A stretch of 64,000 bases of DNA from Nemertoderma westbladi. Lineage: Eukaryota; Animalia; Xenacoelomorpha. Positions within the stretch are counted from its first letter, which is position 1; each line of letters begins with the position of its first letter. Below the pieces are notes generated by a model, which worked only from the letters and a program-made list of their open reading frames with translations, did not search any database and was not told the DNA's origin. Below, piece by piece: positions 50,967 to 64,000 of the stretch. The translations under genes were made by a program, and so were the position numbers. Where the stretch lies: the NCBI GenBank assembly GCA_032718475.1, contig JAUCBJ010007578.1, positions 3,410 through 67,409 of the forward strand. Reading direction: 5' to 3'.

Positions 50967-53900
50967 GTATAAGTGTACAATATGAGTTAAACTATTTCAC
51001 TAACTAACATGTAACCAATAATGCTGTTATCAACATTAGTGGGTACATTTCAGTTAGTGAAATAGTTTTCTCATTTTGTACACTTATACCCTGTACTGTG
51101 AGTGTAATTTTAGTTGCTAACTTGAATCAAACTAACCCTATAAGTGTACAAATAAGTAAACTATTTCACTAACTGAAATGTACCCAATAATGTTGTTATC
51201 AACATTAGTGGGTACATTTCAGTTAGTGAAATAATATTCTCAATTTGTATACTTATACACTGTACTGGGAGTGTAATTTGAGTTGCTATCTTGAATCAAA
51301 CTAACCCTATAAGTTTACAAATGAGTAAACTATTTCACTAACTGGAATGTACCCAATAATGTTGTTATCAACATTAGTGGGTACATTTCAGTTAGTGAAA
51401 TAATTTTATCAATTTGTATACTTATACACAGTACTGTGAGTGTAATTTGAGTTGCTATCTTGAATCAAACTAACCCTATAAGTGTACAGATGAGTAAACT
51501 ATTTCACTAACTGAAATGTACCCAATAATGTTGTTATCAACATTAGTGGGTACATTTCAGTTAGTGAAATAGATTTCTCAATTTGTACACTTATTTATAC
51601 CCTGTACTGTGAGTGTAATTTGAGTTGCTATCTTGAATCAAACTAACCCTATAAGTGTACAAATGAGTAAACTATTTCACTAACTGAAATGTACCCAATA
51701 ATGTTGTTATCAACATTAGTGGGTACATTTCAGTTAGTGAAATAGATTTCTCAATTTGTACACTTATTTATACCCTGTACTGTGAGTGTAATTTGAGTTG
51801 CTATCTTGAATCAAACTAACCCTATAAGTGTACAGATGAGTAAACTATTTCACTAACTGAAATGTACCCAATAATGTTGTTATCAACATTAGTGGGTACA
51901 TTTCAGTTAGTGAAATAGATTTCTCAATTTGTACACTTATTTATACCCTGTACTGTGAGTGTAATTTGAGTTGCTATCTTGAATCAAACTAACCCTATAT
52001 GTGTACAAATAAGTAAACTATTTCACTAACTGAAATGTACCCAATAATGTTGTTATCAACATTAGTGGGTACATTTCAGTTAGTGAAATAGATTTCTCAA
52101 TTTGTACACTTATTTATACCCTGTACTGTGAGTGTAATTTGAGTTGCTATCTTGATTCAAACTAACCCTATATGTGTACAAATGAGTAAACTATTTCACT
52201 AACTGAAATGTACCCAATAATGTTGTTATCAACATTAGTGGGTACATTTCAGTTAGTGAAATAGATTTCTCAATTTGTACACTTATTTATACCCTGTACT
52301 GTGAGTGTAATTTGAGTTGCTATCTTGAATCAAACTAACCCTATAAGTGTACAGATGAGTAAACTATTTCACTAACTGAAATGTACCCAATAATGTTGTT
52401 ATCAACATTAGTGGGTACATTTCAGTTAGTGAAATAGATTTCTCAATTTGTACACTTATTTATACCCTGTACTGTGAGTGTAATTTGAGTTGCTATCTTG
52501 AGTCAAACTAACCCTATATGTGTACAAGTAAGTAAACTATTTCACTAACTGAAATGTACCCAATAATGTTGTTATCAACATTAGTGGGTACATTTCAGTT
52601 AGTGAAATAGATTTCTCAATTTGTACACTTATTTATACCCTGTACTGTGAGTGTAATTTGAGTTGCTATCTTGAATCAAACTAACCCTATATGTGTACAA
52701 ATGAGTAAACTATTTCACTAACTGAAATGTACCCAATAATGTTGTTATCAACATTAGTGGGTACATTTCAGTTAGTGAAATAATATTCTCAATTTGTATA
52801 CTTATACACTGTACTGTGAGTGTAATTTGAGTTGCTATCTTGAATCAAACTAACCCTATAAGTGTACAAATAAGTAAACTATTTCACTAACTGAAATGTA
52901 CCCAATAATGTTGTTATCAACATTAGTGGGTACATTTCAGTTAGTGAAATAATTTTATCAATTTGTATACTTATACACAGTACTGTGAGTGTAATTTGAG
53001 TTGCTATCTTGAATCAAACTAACCCTATAAGTGTACAGATGAGTAAACTATTTCACTAACTGAAATGTACCCAATAATGTTGTTATCAACATTAGTGGGT
53101 ACATTTCAGTTAGTGAAATAGATTTCTCAATTTGTACACTTATTTATACCCTGTACTATGAGTGTAATTTGAGTTGCTATCTTGAATCAAACTAACCCTA
53201 TAAGTGTACAAATAAGTAAACTATTTCACTAACTGAAATGTACCCAATAATGTTGTTATCAACATTAGTGGGTACATTTCAGTTAGTGAAATAATTTTAT
53301 CAATTTGTATACTTATACACTGTACTGTGAGTGTAATTTGAGTTGCTATCTTGAATCAAACTAACCCTATAAGTGTACAGATGAGTAAACTATTTCACTA
53401 ACTGAAATGTACCCAATAATGTTGTTATCAACATTAGTGGGTACATTTCAGTTAGTGAAATAGATTTCTCAATTTGTACACTTATTTATACCCTGTACTG
53501 TGAGTGTAATTTGAGTTGCTATCTTGAATCAAACTAACCCTATAAGTGTACAAATGAGTAAACTATTTCACTAACTGAAATGTACCCAATAATGTTGTTA
53601 TCAACATTAGTGGGTACATTTCAGTTAGTGAAATAATTTTATCAATTTGTATACTTATACACAGTACTGTGAGTGTAATTTGAGTTGCTATCTTGAATCA
53701 AACTAACCCTATAAGTGTACAGATGAGTAAACTATTTCACTAACTGAAATGTACCCAATAATGTTGTTATCAACATTAGTGGGTACATTTCAGTTAGTGA
53801 AATAGATTTCTCAATTTGTACACTTATTTATACCCTGTACTGTGAGTGTAATTTGAGTTGCTATCTTGAATCAAACTAACCCTATAAGTGTACAAATGAG

Positions 53901-56900
53901 TAAACTATTTCACTAACTGAAATGTACCCAATAATGTTGTTATCAACATTAGTGGGTACATTTCAGTTAGTGAAATAGATTTCTCAATTTGTACACTTAT
54001 TTATACCCTGTACTGTGAGTGTAATTTGAGTTGCTATCTTGAATCAAACTAACCCTATAAGTGTACAATGAGTAAACTATTTCACTAACTGAAATGTACC
54101 CAATAATGTTGTTATCAACATTAGTGGGTACATTTCAGTTAGTGAAATAGATTTCTCAATTTGTACACTTATTTATACCCTGTACTGTGAGTGTAATTTG
54201 AGTTGCTATCTTGAATCAAACTAACCCTATAAGTGTACAAATGAGTAAACTATTTCACTAACTGAAATGTACCCAATAATGTTGTTATCAACATTAGTGG
54301 GTACATTTCAGTTAGTGAAATAATTTCTCAATTTGTATACTTATACACTGTACTGTGAGTGTAATTTGAGTTGCTATCTTGAATCAAACTAACCCTATAA
54401 GTGTACAAATAAGTAAACTATTTCACTAACTGAAATGTACCCAATAATGTTGTTATCAACATTAGTGGGTACATTTCAGTTAGTGAAATAATTTTATCAA
54501 TTTGTATACTTATACACAGTACTGTGAGTGTAATTTGAGTTGCTATCTTGAATCAAACTAACCCTATAAGTGTACAGATGAGTAAACTATTTCACTAACT
54601 GAAATGTACCCAATAATGTTGTTATCAACATTAGTGGGTACATTTCAGTTAGTGAAATAGATTTCTCAATTTGTACACTTATTTATACCCTGTACTGTGA
54701 GTGTAATTTGAGTTGCTATCTTGAATCAAACTAACCCTATAAGTGTACAAATAAGTAAACTATTTCACTAACTGAAATGTACCCAATAATGTTGTTATCA
54801 ACATTAGTGGGTACATTTCAGTTAGTGAAATAATTTTCTCAATTTGTATACTTATACACTGTACTGTGAGTGTAATTTGAGTTGCTATCTTGAATCAAAC
54901 TAACCCTATAAGTGTACAGATGAGTAAACTATTTCACTAACTGAAATGTACCCAATAATGTTGTTATCAACATTAGTGGGTACATTTCAGTTAGTGAAAT
55001 AGATTTCTCAATTTGTACACTTATTTATACCCTGTACTGTGAGTGTAATTTGAGTTGCTATCTTGAATCAAACTAACCCTATAAGTGTACAAATGAGTAA
55101 ACTATTTCACTAACTGAAATGTACCCAATAATGTTGTTATCAACATTAGTGGGTACATTTCAGTTAGTGAAATAATTTTATCAATTTGTATACTTATACA
55201 CAGTACTGTGAGTGTAATTTGAGTTGCTATCTTGAATCAAACTAACCCTATAAGTGTACAGATGAGTAAACTATTTCACTAACTGAAATGTACCCAATAA
55301 TGTTGTTATCAACATTAGTGGGTACATTTCAGTTAGTGAAATAGATTTCTCAATTTGTACACTTATTTATACCCTGTACTGTGAGTGTAATTTGAGTTGC
55401 TATCTTGAATCAAACTAACCCTATAAGTGTACAAATGAGTAAACTATTTCACTAACTGAAATGTACCCAATAATGTTGTTATCAACATTAGTGGGTACAT
55501 TTCAGTTAGTGAAATAATTTTATCAATTTGTATACTTATACACAGTACTGTGAGTGTAATTTGAGTTGCTATCTTGAATCAAACTAACCCTATAAGTGTA
55601 CAGATGAGTAAACTATTTCACTAACTGAAATGTACCCAATAATGTTGTTATCAACATTAGTGGGTACATTTCAGTTAGTGAAATAGATTTCTCAATTTGT
55701 ACACTTATTTATACCCTGTACTGTGAGTGTAATTTGAGTTGCTATCTTGAATCAAACTAACCCTATAAGTGTACAAATGAGTAAACTATTTCACTAACTG
55801 AAATGTACCCAATAATGTTGTTATCAACATTAGTGGGTACATTTCAGTTAGTGAAATAGATTTCTCAATTTGTACACTTATTTATACCCTGTACTGTGAG
55901 TGTAATTTGAGTTGCTATCTTGAATCAAACTAACCCTATAAGTGTACAAATAAGTAAACTATTTCACTAACTGAAATGTACCCAATAATGTTGTTATCAA
56001 CATTAGTGGGTACATTTCAGTTAGTGAAATAATTTTATCAATTTGTATACTTATACACAGTACTGTGAGTGTAATTTGAGTTGCTATCTTGAATCAAACT
56101 AACCCTATAAGTGTACAGATGAGTAAACTATTTCACTAACTGAAATGTACCCAATAATGTTGTTATCAACATTAGTGGGTACATTTCAGTTAGTGAAATA
56201 GATTTCTCAATTTGTACACTTATTTATACCCTGTACTGTGAGTGTAATTTGAGTTGCTATCTTGAATCAAACTAACCCTATAAGTGTACAAATGAGTAAA
56301 CTATTTCACTAACTGAAATGTACCCAATAATGTTGTTATCAACATTAGTGGGTACATTTCAGTTAGTGAAATAATTTCTCAATTTGTATACTTATACACT
56401 GTACTGTGAGTGTAATTTGAGTTGCTATCTTGAATCAAACTAACCCTATAAGTGTACAGATGAGTAAACTATTTCACTAACTGAAATGTACCCAATAATG
56501 TTGTTATCAACATTAGTGGGTACATTTCAGTTAGTGAAATAGATTTCTCAATTTGTACACTTATTTATACCCTGTACTGTGAGTGTAATTTGAGTTGCTA
56601 TCTTGAATCAAACTAACCCTATAAGTGTACAAATAAGTAAACTATTTCACTAACTGAAATGTACCCAATAATGTTGTTATCAACATTAGTGGGTACATTT
56701 CAGTTAGTGAAATAGATTTCTCAATTTGTACACTTATTTATACCCTGTACTGTGAGTGTAATTTGAGTTGCTATCTTGAATCAAACTAACCCTATAAGTG
56801 TACAAATGAGTAAACTATTTCACTAACTGAAATGTACCCAATAATGTTGTTATCAACATTAGTGGGTACATTTCAGTTAGTGAAATAATTTTATCAATTT

Positions 56901-59900
56901 GTATACTTATACACAGTACTGTGAGTGTAATTTGAGTTGCTATCTTGAATCAAACTAACCCTATAAGTGTACAGATGAGTAAACTATTTCACTAACTGAA
57001 ATGTACCCAATAATGTTGTTATCAACATTAGTGGGTACATTTCAGTTAGTGAAATAGATTTCTCAATTTGTACACTTATTTATACCCTGTACTGTGAGTG
57101 TAATTTGAGTTGCTATCTTGAATCAAACTAACCCTATAAGTGTACAAATAAGTAAACTATTTCACTAACTGAAATGTACCCAATAATGTTGTTATCAACA
57201 TTAGTGGGTACATTTCAGTTAGTGAAATAATTTTATCAATTTGTATACTTATACACTGTACTGTGAGTGTAATTTGAGTTGCTATCTTGAATCAAACTAA
57301 CCCTATAAGTGTACAGATGAGTAAACTATTTCACTAACTGAAATGTACCCAATAATGTTGTTATCAACATTAGTGGGTACATTTCAGTTAGTGAAATAGA
57401 TTTCTCAATTTGTACACTTATTTATACCCTGTACTGTGAGTGTAATTTGAGTTGCTATCTTGAATCAAACTAACCCTATAAGTGTACAAATGAGTAAACT
57501 ATTTCACTAACTGAAATGTACCCAATAATGTTGTTATCAACATTAGTGGGTACATTTCAGTTAGTGAAATAATTTTCTCAATTTGTATACTTATACACTG
57601 TACTGTGAGTGTAATTTGAGTTGCTATCTTGAATCAAACTAACCCTATAAGTGTACAGATGAGTAAACTATTTCACTAACTGAAATGTACCCAATAATGT
57701 TGTTATCAACATTAGTGGGTACATTTCAGTTAGTGAAATAGATTTCTCAATTTGTACACTTATTTATACCCTGTACTGTGAGTGTAATTTGAGTTGCTAT
57801 CTTGAATCAAACTAACCCTATAAGTGTACAGATGAGTAAACTATTTCACTAACTGAAATGTACCCAATAATGTTGTTATCAACATTAGTGGGTACATTTC
57901 AGTTAGTGAAATAGATTTCTCAATTTGTACACTTATTTATACCCTGTACTGTGAGTGTAATTTGAGTTGCTATCTTGAATCAAACTAACCCTATAAGTGT
58001 ACAAATAAGTAAACTATTTCACTAACTGAAATGTACCCAATAATGTTGTTATCAACATTAGTGGGTACATTTCAGTTAGTGAAATAATTTTATCAATTTG
58101 TATACTTATACACAGTACTGTGAGTGTAATTTGAGTTGCTATCTTGAATCAAACTAACCCTATAAGTGTACAGATGAGTAAACTATTTCACTAACTGAAA
58201 TGTACCCAATAATGTTGTTATCAACATTAGTGGGTACATTTCAGTTAGTGAAATAATTTTATCAATTTGTATACTTATACACAGTACTGTGAGTGTAATT
58301 TGAGTTGCTATCTTGAATCAAACTAACCCTATAAGTGTACAGATGAGTAAACTATTTCACTAACTGAAATGTACCCAATAATGTTGTTATCAACATTAGT
58401 GGGTACATTTCAGTTAGTGAAATAGATTTCTCAATTTGTACACTTATTTATACCCTGTACTGTGAGTGTAATTTGAGTTGCTATCTTGAATCAAACTAAC
58501 CCTATAAGTGTACAAATAAGTAAACTATTTCACTAACTGAAATGTACCCAATAATGTTGTTATCAACATTAGTGGGTACATTTCAGTTAGTGAAATAGAT
58601 TTCTCAATTTGTACACTTATTTATACCCTGTACTGTGAGTGTAATTTGAGTTGCTATCTTGAATCAAACTAACCCTATAAGTGTACAGATGAGTAAACTA
58701 TTTCACTAACTGAAATGTACCCAATAATGTTGTTATCAACATTAGTGGGTACATTTCAGTTAGTGAAATAGATTTCTCAATTTGTACACTTATTTATACC
58801 CTGTACTGTGAGTGTAATTTGAGTTGCTATCTTGAATCAAACTAACCCTATAAGTGTACAAATGAGTAAACTATTTCACTAACTGAAATGTACCCAATAA
58901 TGTTGTTATCAACATTAGTGGGTACATTTCAGTTAGTGAAATAGATTTCTCAATTTGTACACTTATTTATACCCTGTACTGTGAGTGTAATTTGAGTTGC
59001 TATCTTGAATCAAACTAACCCTATAAGTGTACAAATAAGTAAACTATTTCACTAACTGAAATGTACCCAATAATGTTGTTATCAACATTAGTTGGGTACA
59101 TTTCAGTTAGTGAAATAATTTTCTCAATTTGTATACTTATACACTGTACTGTGAGTGTAATTTGAGTTGCTATCTTGAATCAAACTAACCCTATAAGTGT
59201 ACAGATGAGTAAACTATTTCACTAACTGAAATGTACCCAATAATGTTGTTATCAACATTAGTGGGTACATTTCAGTTAGTGAAATAGATTTCTCAATTTG
59301 TACACTTATTTATACCCTGTACTGTGAGTGTAATTTGAGTTGCTATCTTGAATCAAACTAACCCTATAAGTGTACAAATGAGTAAACTATTTCACTAACT
59401 GAAATGTACCCAATAATGTTGTTATCTACATTAGTGGGTACATTTCAGTTAGTGAAATAATTTTATCAATTTGTATACTTATACACAGTACTGTGAGTGT
59501 AATTTGAGTTGCTATCTTGAATCAAACTAACCCTATAAGTGTACAGATGAGTAAACTATTTCACTAACTGAAATGTACCCAATAATGTTGTTATCAACAT
59601 TAGTGGGTACATTTCAGTTAGTGAAATAATTTTATCAATTTGTATACTTATACACAGTACTGTGAGTGTAATTTGAGTTGCTATCTTGAATCAAACTAAC
59701 CCTATAAGTGTACAGATGAGTAAACTATTTCACTAACTGAAATGTACCCAATAATGTTGTTATCAACATTAGTGGGTACATTTCAGTTAGTGAAATAGAT
59801 TTCTCAATTTGTACACTTATTTATACCCTGTACTGTGAGTGTAATTTGAGTTGCTATCTTGAATCAAACTAACCCTATAAGTGTACAAATAAGTAAACTA

Positions 59901-62900
59901 TTTCACTAACTGAAATGTACCCAATAATGTTGTTATCAACATTAGTGGGTACATTTCAGTTAGTGAAATAGATTTCTCAATTTGTACACTTATTTATACC
60001 CTGTACTGTGAGTGTAATTTGAGTTGCTATCTTGAATCAAACTAACCCTATAAGTGTACAGATGAGTAAACTATTTCACTAACTGAAATGTACCCAATAA
60101 TGTTGTTATCAACATTAGTGGGTACATTTCAGTTAGTGAAATAGATTTCTCAATTTGTACACTTATTTATACCCTGTACTGTGAGTGTAATTTGAGTTGC
60201 TATCTTGAATCAAACTAACCCTATAAGTGTACAAATAAGTAAACTATTTCACTAACTGAAATGTACCCAATAATGTTGATAATAACATTATTGGGTACAT
60301 TTCAGTTAGTGAAATAGATTTCTCAATTTGTACACTTATTTATACCCTGTACTGTGAGTGTAATTTGAGTTGCTATCTTGAATCAAACTAACCCTATAAG
60401 TGTACAAATAAGTAAACTATTTCACTAACTGAAATGTACCCAATAATGTTGATAATAACATTATTGGGTACATTTCAGTTAGTGAAATAATTTTCTCAAT
60501 TTGTATACTTATACACTGTACTGTGAGTGTAATTTGAGTTGCTATCTTGAATCAAACTAACCCTATAAGTGTACAGATGAGTAAAATATTTCACTAACTG
60601 AAATGTACCCAATAATGTTGTTATCAACATTAGTGGGTACATTTCAGTTAGTGAAATAGATTTCTCAATTTGTACACTTATTTATACCCTGTACTGTGAG
60701 TGTAATTTGAGTTGCTATCTTGAATCAAACTAACCCTATAAGTGTACAAATGAGTAAACTATTTCACTAACTGAAATGTACCCAATAATGTTGTTATCTA
60801 CATTAGTGGGTACATTTCAGTTAGTGAAATAATTTTATCAATTTGTATACTTATACACAGTACTGTGAGTGTAATTTGAGTTGCTATCTTGAATCAAACT
60901 AACCCTATAAGTGTACAGATGAGTAAACTATTTCACTAACTGAAATGTACCCAATAATGTTGTTATCAACATTAGTGGGTACATTTCAGTTAGTGAAATA
61001 ATTTTATCAATTTGTATACTTATACACAGTACTGTGAGTGTAATTTGAGTTGCTATCTTGAATCAAACTAACCCTATAAGTGTACAGATGAGTAAACTAT
61101 TTCACTAACTGAAATGTACCCAATAATGTTGTTATCAACATTAGTGGGTACATTTCAGTTAGTGAAATAGATTTCTCAATTTGTACACTTATTTATACCC
61201 TGTACTGTGAGTGTAATTTGAGTTGCTATCTTGAATCAAACTAACCCTATAAGTGTACAAATAAGTAAACTATTTCACTAACTGAAATGTACCCAATAAT
61301 GTTGTTATCAACATTAGTGGGTACATTTCAGTTAGTGAAATAGATTTCTCAATTTGTACACTTATTTATACCCTGTACTGTGAGTGTAATTTGAGTTGCT
61401 ATCTTGAATCAAACTAACCCTATAAGTGTACAGATGAGTAAACTATTTCACTAACTGAAATGTACCCAATAATGTTGTTATCAACATTAGTGGGTACATT
61501 TCAGTTAGTGAAATAGATTTCTCAATTTGTACACTTATTTATACCCTGTACTGTGAGTGTAATTTGAGTTGCTATCTTGAATCAAACTAACCCTATAAGT
61601 GTACAAATAAGTAAACTATTTCACTAACTGAAATGTACCCAATAATGTTGATAATAACATTATTGGGTACATTTCAGTTAGTGAAATAGATTTCTCAATT
61701 TGTACACTTATTTATACCCTGTACTGTGAGTGTAATTTGAGTTGCTATCTTGAATCAAACTAACCCTATAAGTGTACAAATAAGTAAACTATTTCACTAA
61801 CTGAAATGTACCCAATAATGTTGATAATAACATTATTGGGTACATTTCAGTTAGTGAAATAATTTTCTCAATTTGTATACTTATACACTGTACTGTGAGT
61901 GTAATTTGAGTTGCTATCTTGAATCAAACTAACCCTATAAGTGTACAGATGAGTAAAATATTTCACTAACTGAAATGTACCCAATAATGTTGTTATCAAC
62001 ATTAGTGGGTACATTTCAGTTAGTGAAATAGATTTCTCAATTTGTACACTTATTTATACCCTATACTGTGAGTGTAATTTGAGTTGCTATCTTGAATCAA
62101 ACTAACCCTATAAGTGTACAAATAAGTAAACTATTTCACTAACTGAAATGTACCCAATAATGTTGATAATAACATTATTGGGTACATTTCAGTTAGTGAA
62201 ATAATTTTCTCAATTTGTATACTTATACACTGTACTGTGAGTGTAATTTGAGTTGCTATCTTGAATCAAACTAACCCTATAAGTGTACAAATGAGTAAAC
62301 TATTTCACTAACTGAAATGTACCCAATAATGCTGTTATCAACATTTGTGGGTACATTTCAGTTAGTGAAATAATTTTCTCAATTTGTATACTTATACACT
62401 GTACTGTGAGTGTAATTTGAGTTGCTATCTTGAATCAAACTAACCCTATAAGTGTACAGATGAGTAAACTATTTCACTAACTGAAATGTACCCAATAATG
62501 TTGTTATCAACATTAGTGGGTACATTTCAGTTAGTGAAATAATTTTATCAATTTGTTTACTTATACACTGTACTGTGAGTGTAATTTTAGTTGCTATCTT
62601 GAATCAAACTAACCCTATAAGTGTACAGATGAGTAAACTATTTCACTAACTGAAATGTACCCAATAATGTTGTTATCAACATTAGTGGGTACATTTCAGT
62701 TAGTGCAATAATTTTATCAATTTGTATACTTATACACAGTACTGTGAGTGTAATTTGAGTTGCTATCTTGAATCAAACTAACCCTATAAGTGTACAGATG
62801 AGTAAACTATTTCACTAACTGAAATGTACCCAATAATGTTGTTATCAACATTAGTGGGTACATTTCAGTTAGTGAAATAGAATTCTCAATTTGTACACTT

Positions 62901-63625
62901 ATTTATACCCTGTACTGTGAGTGTAATTTGAGTTGCTATCTTGAATCAAACTAACCCTATAAGTGTACAAATAAGTAAACTATTTCACTAACTGAAATGT
63001 ACCCAATAATGTTGATAATAACATTATTGGGTACATTTCAGTTAGTGAAATAATTTTCTCAATTTGTATACTTATACACTGTACTGTGAGTGTAATTTGA
63101 GTTGCTATCTTGAATCAAACTAACCCTATAAGTGTACAGATGAGTAAACTATTTCACTAACTGAAATGTACCCAATAATGTTGTTATCAACATTAGTGGG
63201 TACATTTCAGTTAGTGAAATAATTTTCTCAATTTGTATACTTATACACTGTACTGTGAGTGTAATTTGAGTTGCTATCTTGAATCAAACTAACCCTATAA
63301 GTGTACAAATAAGTAAACTATTTCACTAACTGAAATGTACCCAATAATGTTGTTATCAACATTAGTGGGTACATTTCAGTTAGTGAAATAATTTTCTCAA
63401 TTTGTATACTTATACACTGTACTGTGAGTGTAATTTGAGTTGCTATCTTGAATCAAACTAACCCTATAAGTGTACAAATGAGTAAACTATTTCACTAACT
63501 GAAATATACCCAATAATGTTGTTATCAACATTATTGGGTACATTTCAGTTAGTGAAATAGTTTACTCATTTTGTACACTTATAGCGTTAGTTTGAGTCAA
63601 GATAGCAACAAGAATCACACTGTAC
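50967..63625. repeat. 169/173-bp satellite, ~74 copies, each with a ~115-bp imperfect palindrome centred on AATGTTGTTATCAACATT
   Basis: CTTGAATC at 51121, 51290, 51459, 51632; arms TATTTCACTAACTGAAATGTACCCA / TGGGTACATTTCAGTTAGTGAAATA. Confidence 0.97.
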
Positions 63626-64000
63626 CCAATCATTTTGAACACTTACTCTGTATTCTGAGTGATTCTAGTTGCTATCATGTCTCCTACTGACTAATACTAA
63701 CAAACAATGGCTTGTCAAGAATAGATTGCTCTCACTCCCCTTCTGATAATACCTTCTAGGTATTGGAACAAAAAAATAAGGTAATGGATAACTGTAGTAT
63801 TTACCATGGGTCATATATGTCCCAAAGATTACTTTGATTGTTTTTTTTATGGACAGCAAATTTAATTCAAACTAATCATCTCATTCAAATACAACACAAT
63901 ACCCTAGCCTTTACAATATACAACTAACTCTCCCTAACCCATACCCATGTGAAACAAAGTAATGACTTCTTATGTGATCATATATTTGTATTTTTATTAA

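Larger units (their letters stand above)
48862..64000. mobile_element. Insertion B: >15-kb repeat-filled element at the same 28S nucleotide as insertion A; right end outside the window
   Basis: Junction ACCCTGTTGAG|GTTCTCTC; same terminal geometry as A but different sequence. Direct repeat cannot be confirmed because the right end is not visible. Confidence 0.75.

Overview
Animal (metazoan-type) 45S rDNA array with two tandem units offset by 42,152 bp; the empty unit is about 10.1 kb. Unit 1 has 18S (1199-3003), 5.8S and a 28S interrupted twice. The first interruption is a full-length R2 retrotransposon (6564-11740) at the canonical site, with a predicted HDV-like ribozyme and an unusual 1 zinc finger + 3 Myb N-terminus. 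The second, 141 bp further on, is a 26.8-kb non-coding, satellite-filled insertion (11882-38704) flanked by an 11-bp direct repeat ACCCTGTTGAG. Unit 2 has no R2, but its 28S is broken at exactly the same nucleotide by a different insertion of more than 15 kb (48862 to window end). The two insertions share no bulk homology I can see, yet have the same end geometry: an 8-bp GTTnnCTC terminus, then 16-bp palindromes at about 22-bp spacing. Each element's palindrome also forms the centre of a hairpin in every unit of an internal satellite. This points to a candidate undescribed family of giant, 28S site-specific, satellite-carrying elements; no mobilising gene is visible in the window. The intergenic spacer holds copies of the R2 upstream target, a MITE-like inverted repeat, (TTTTA)n and ~19-bp subrepeats. 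All coordinates and alignments were made by eye.
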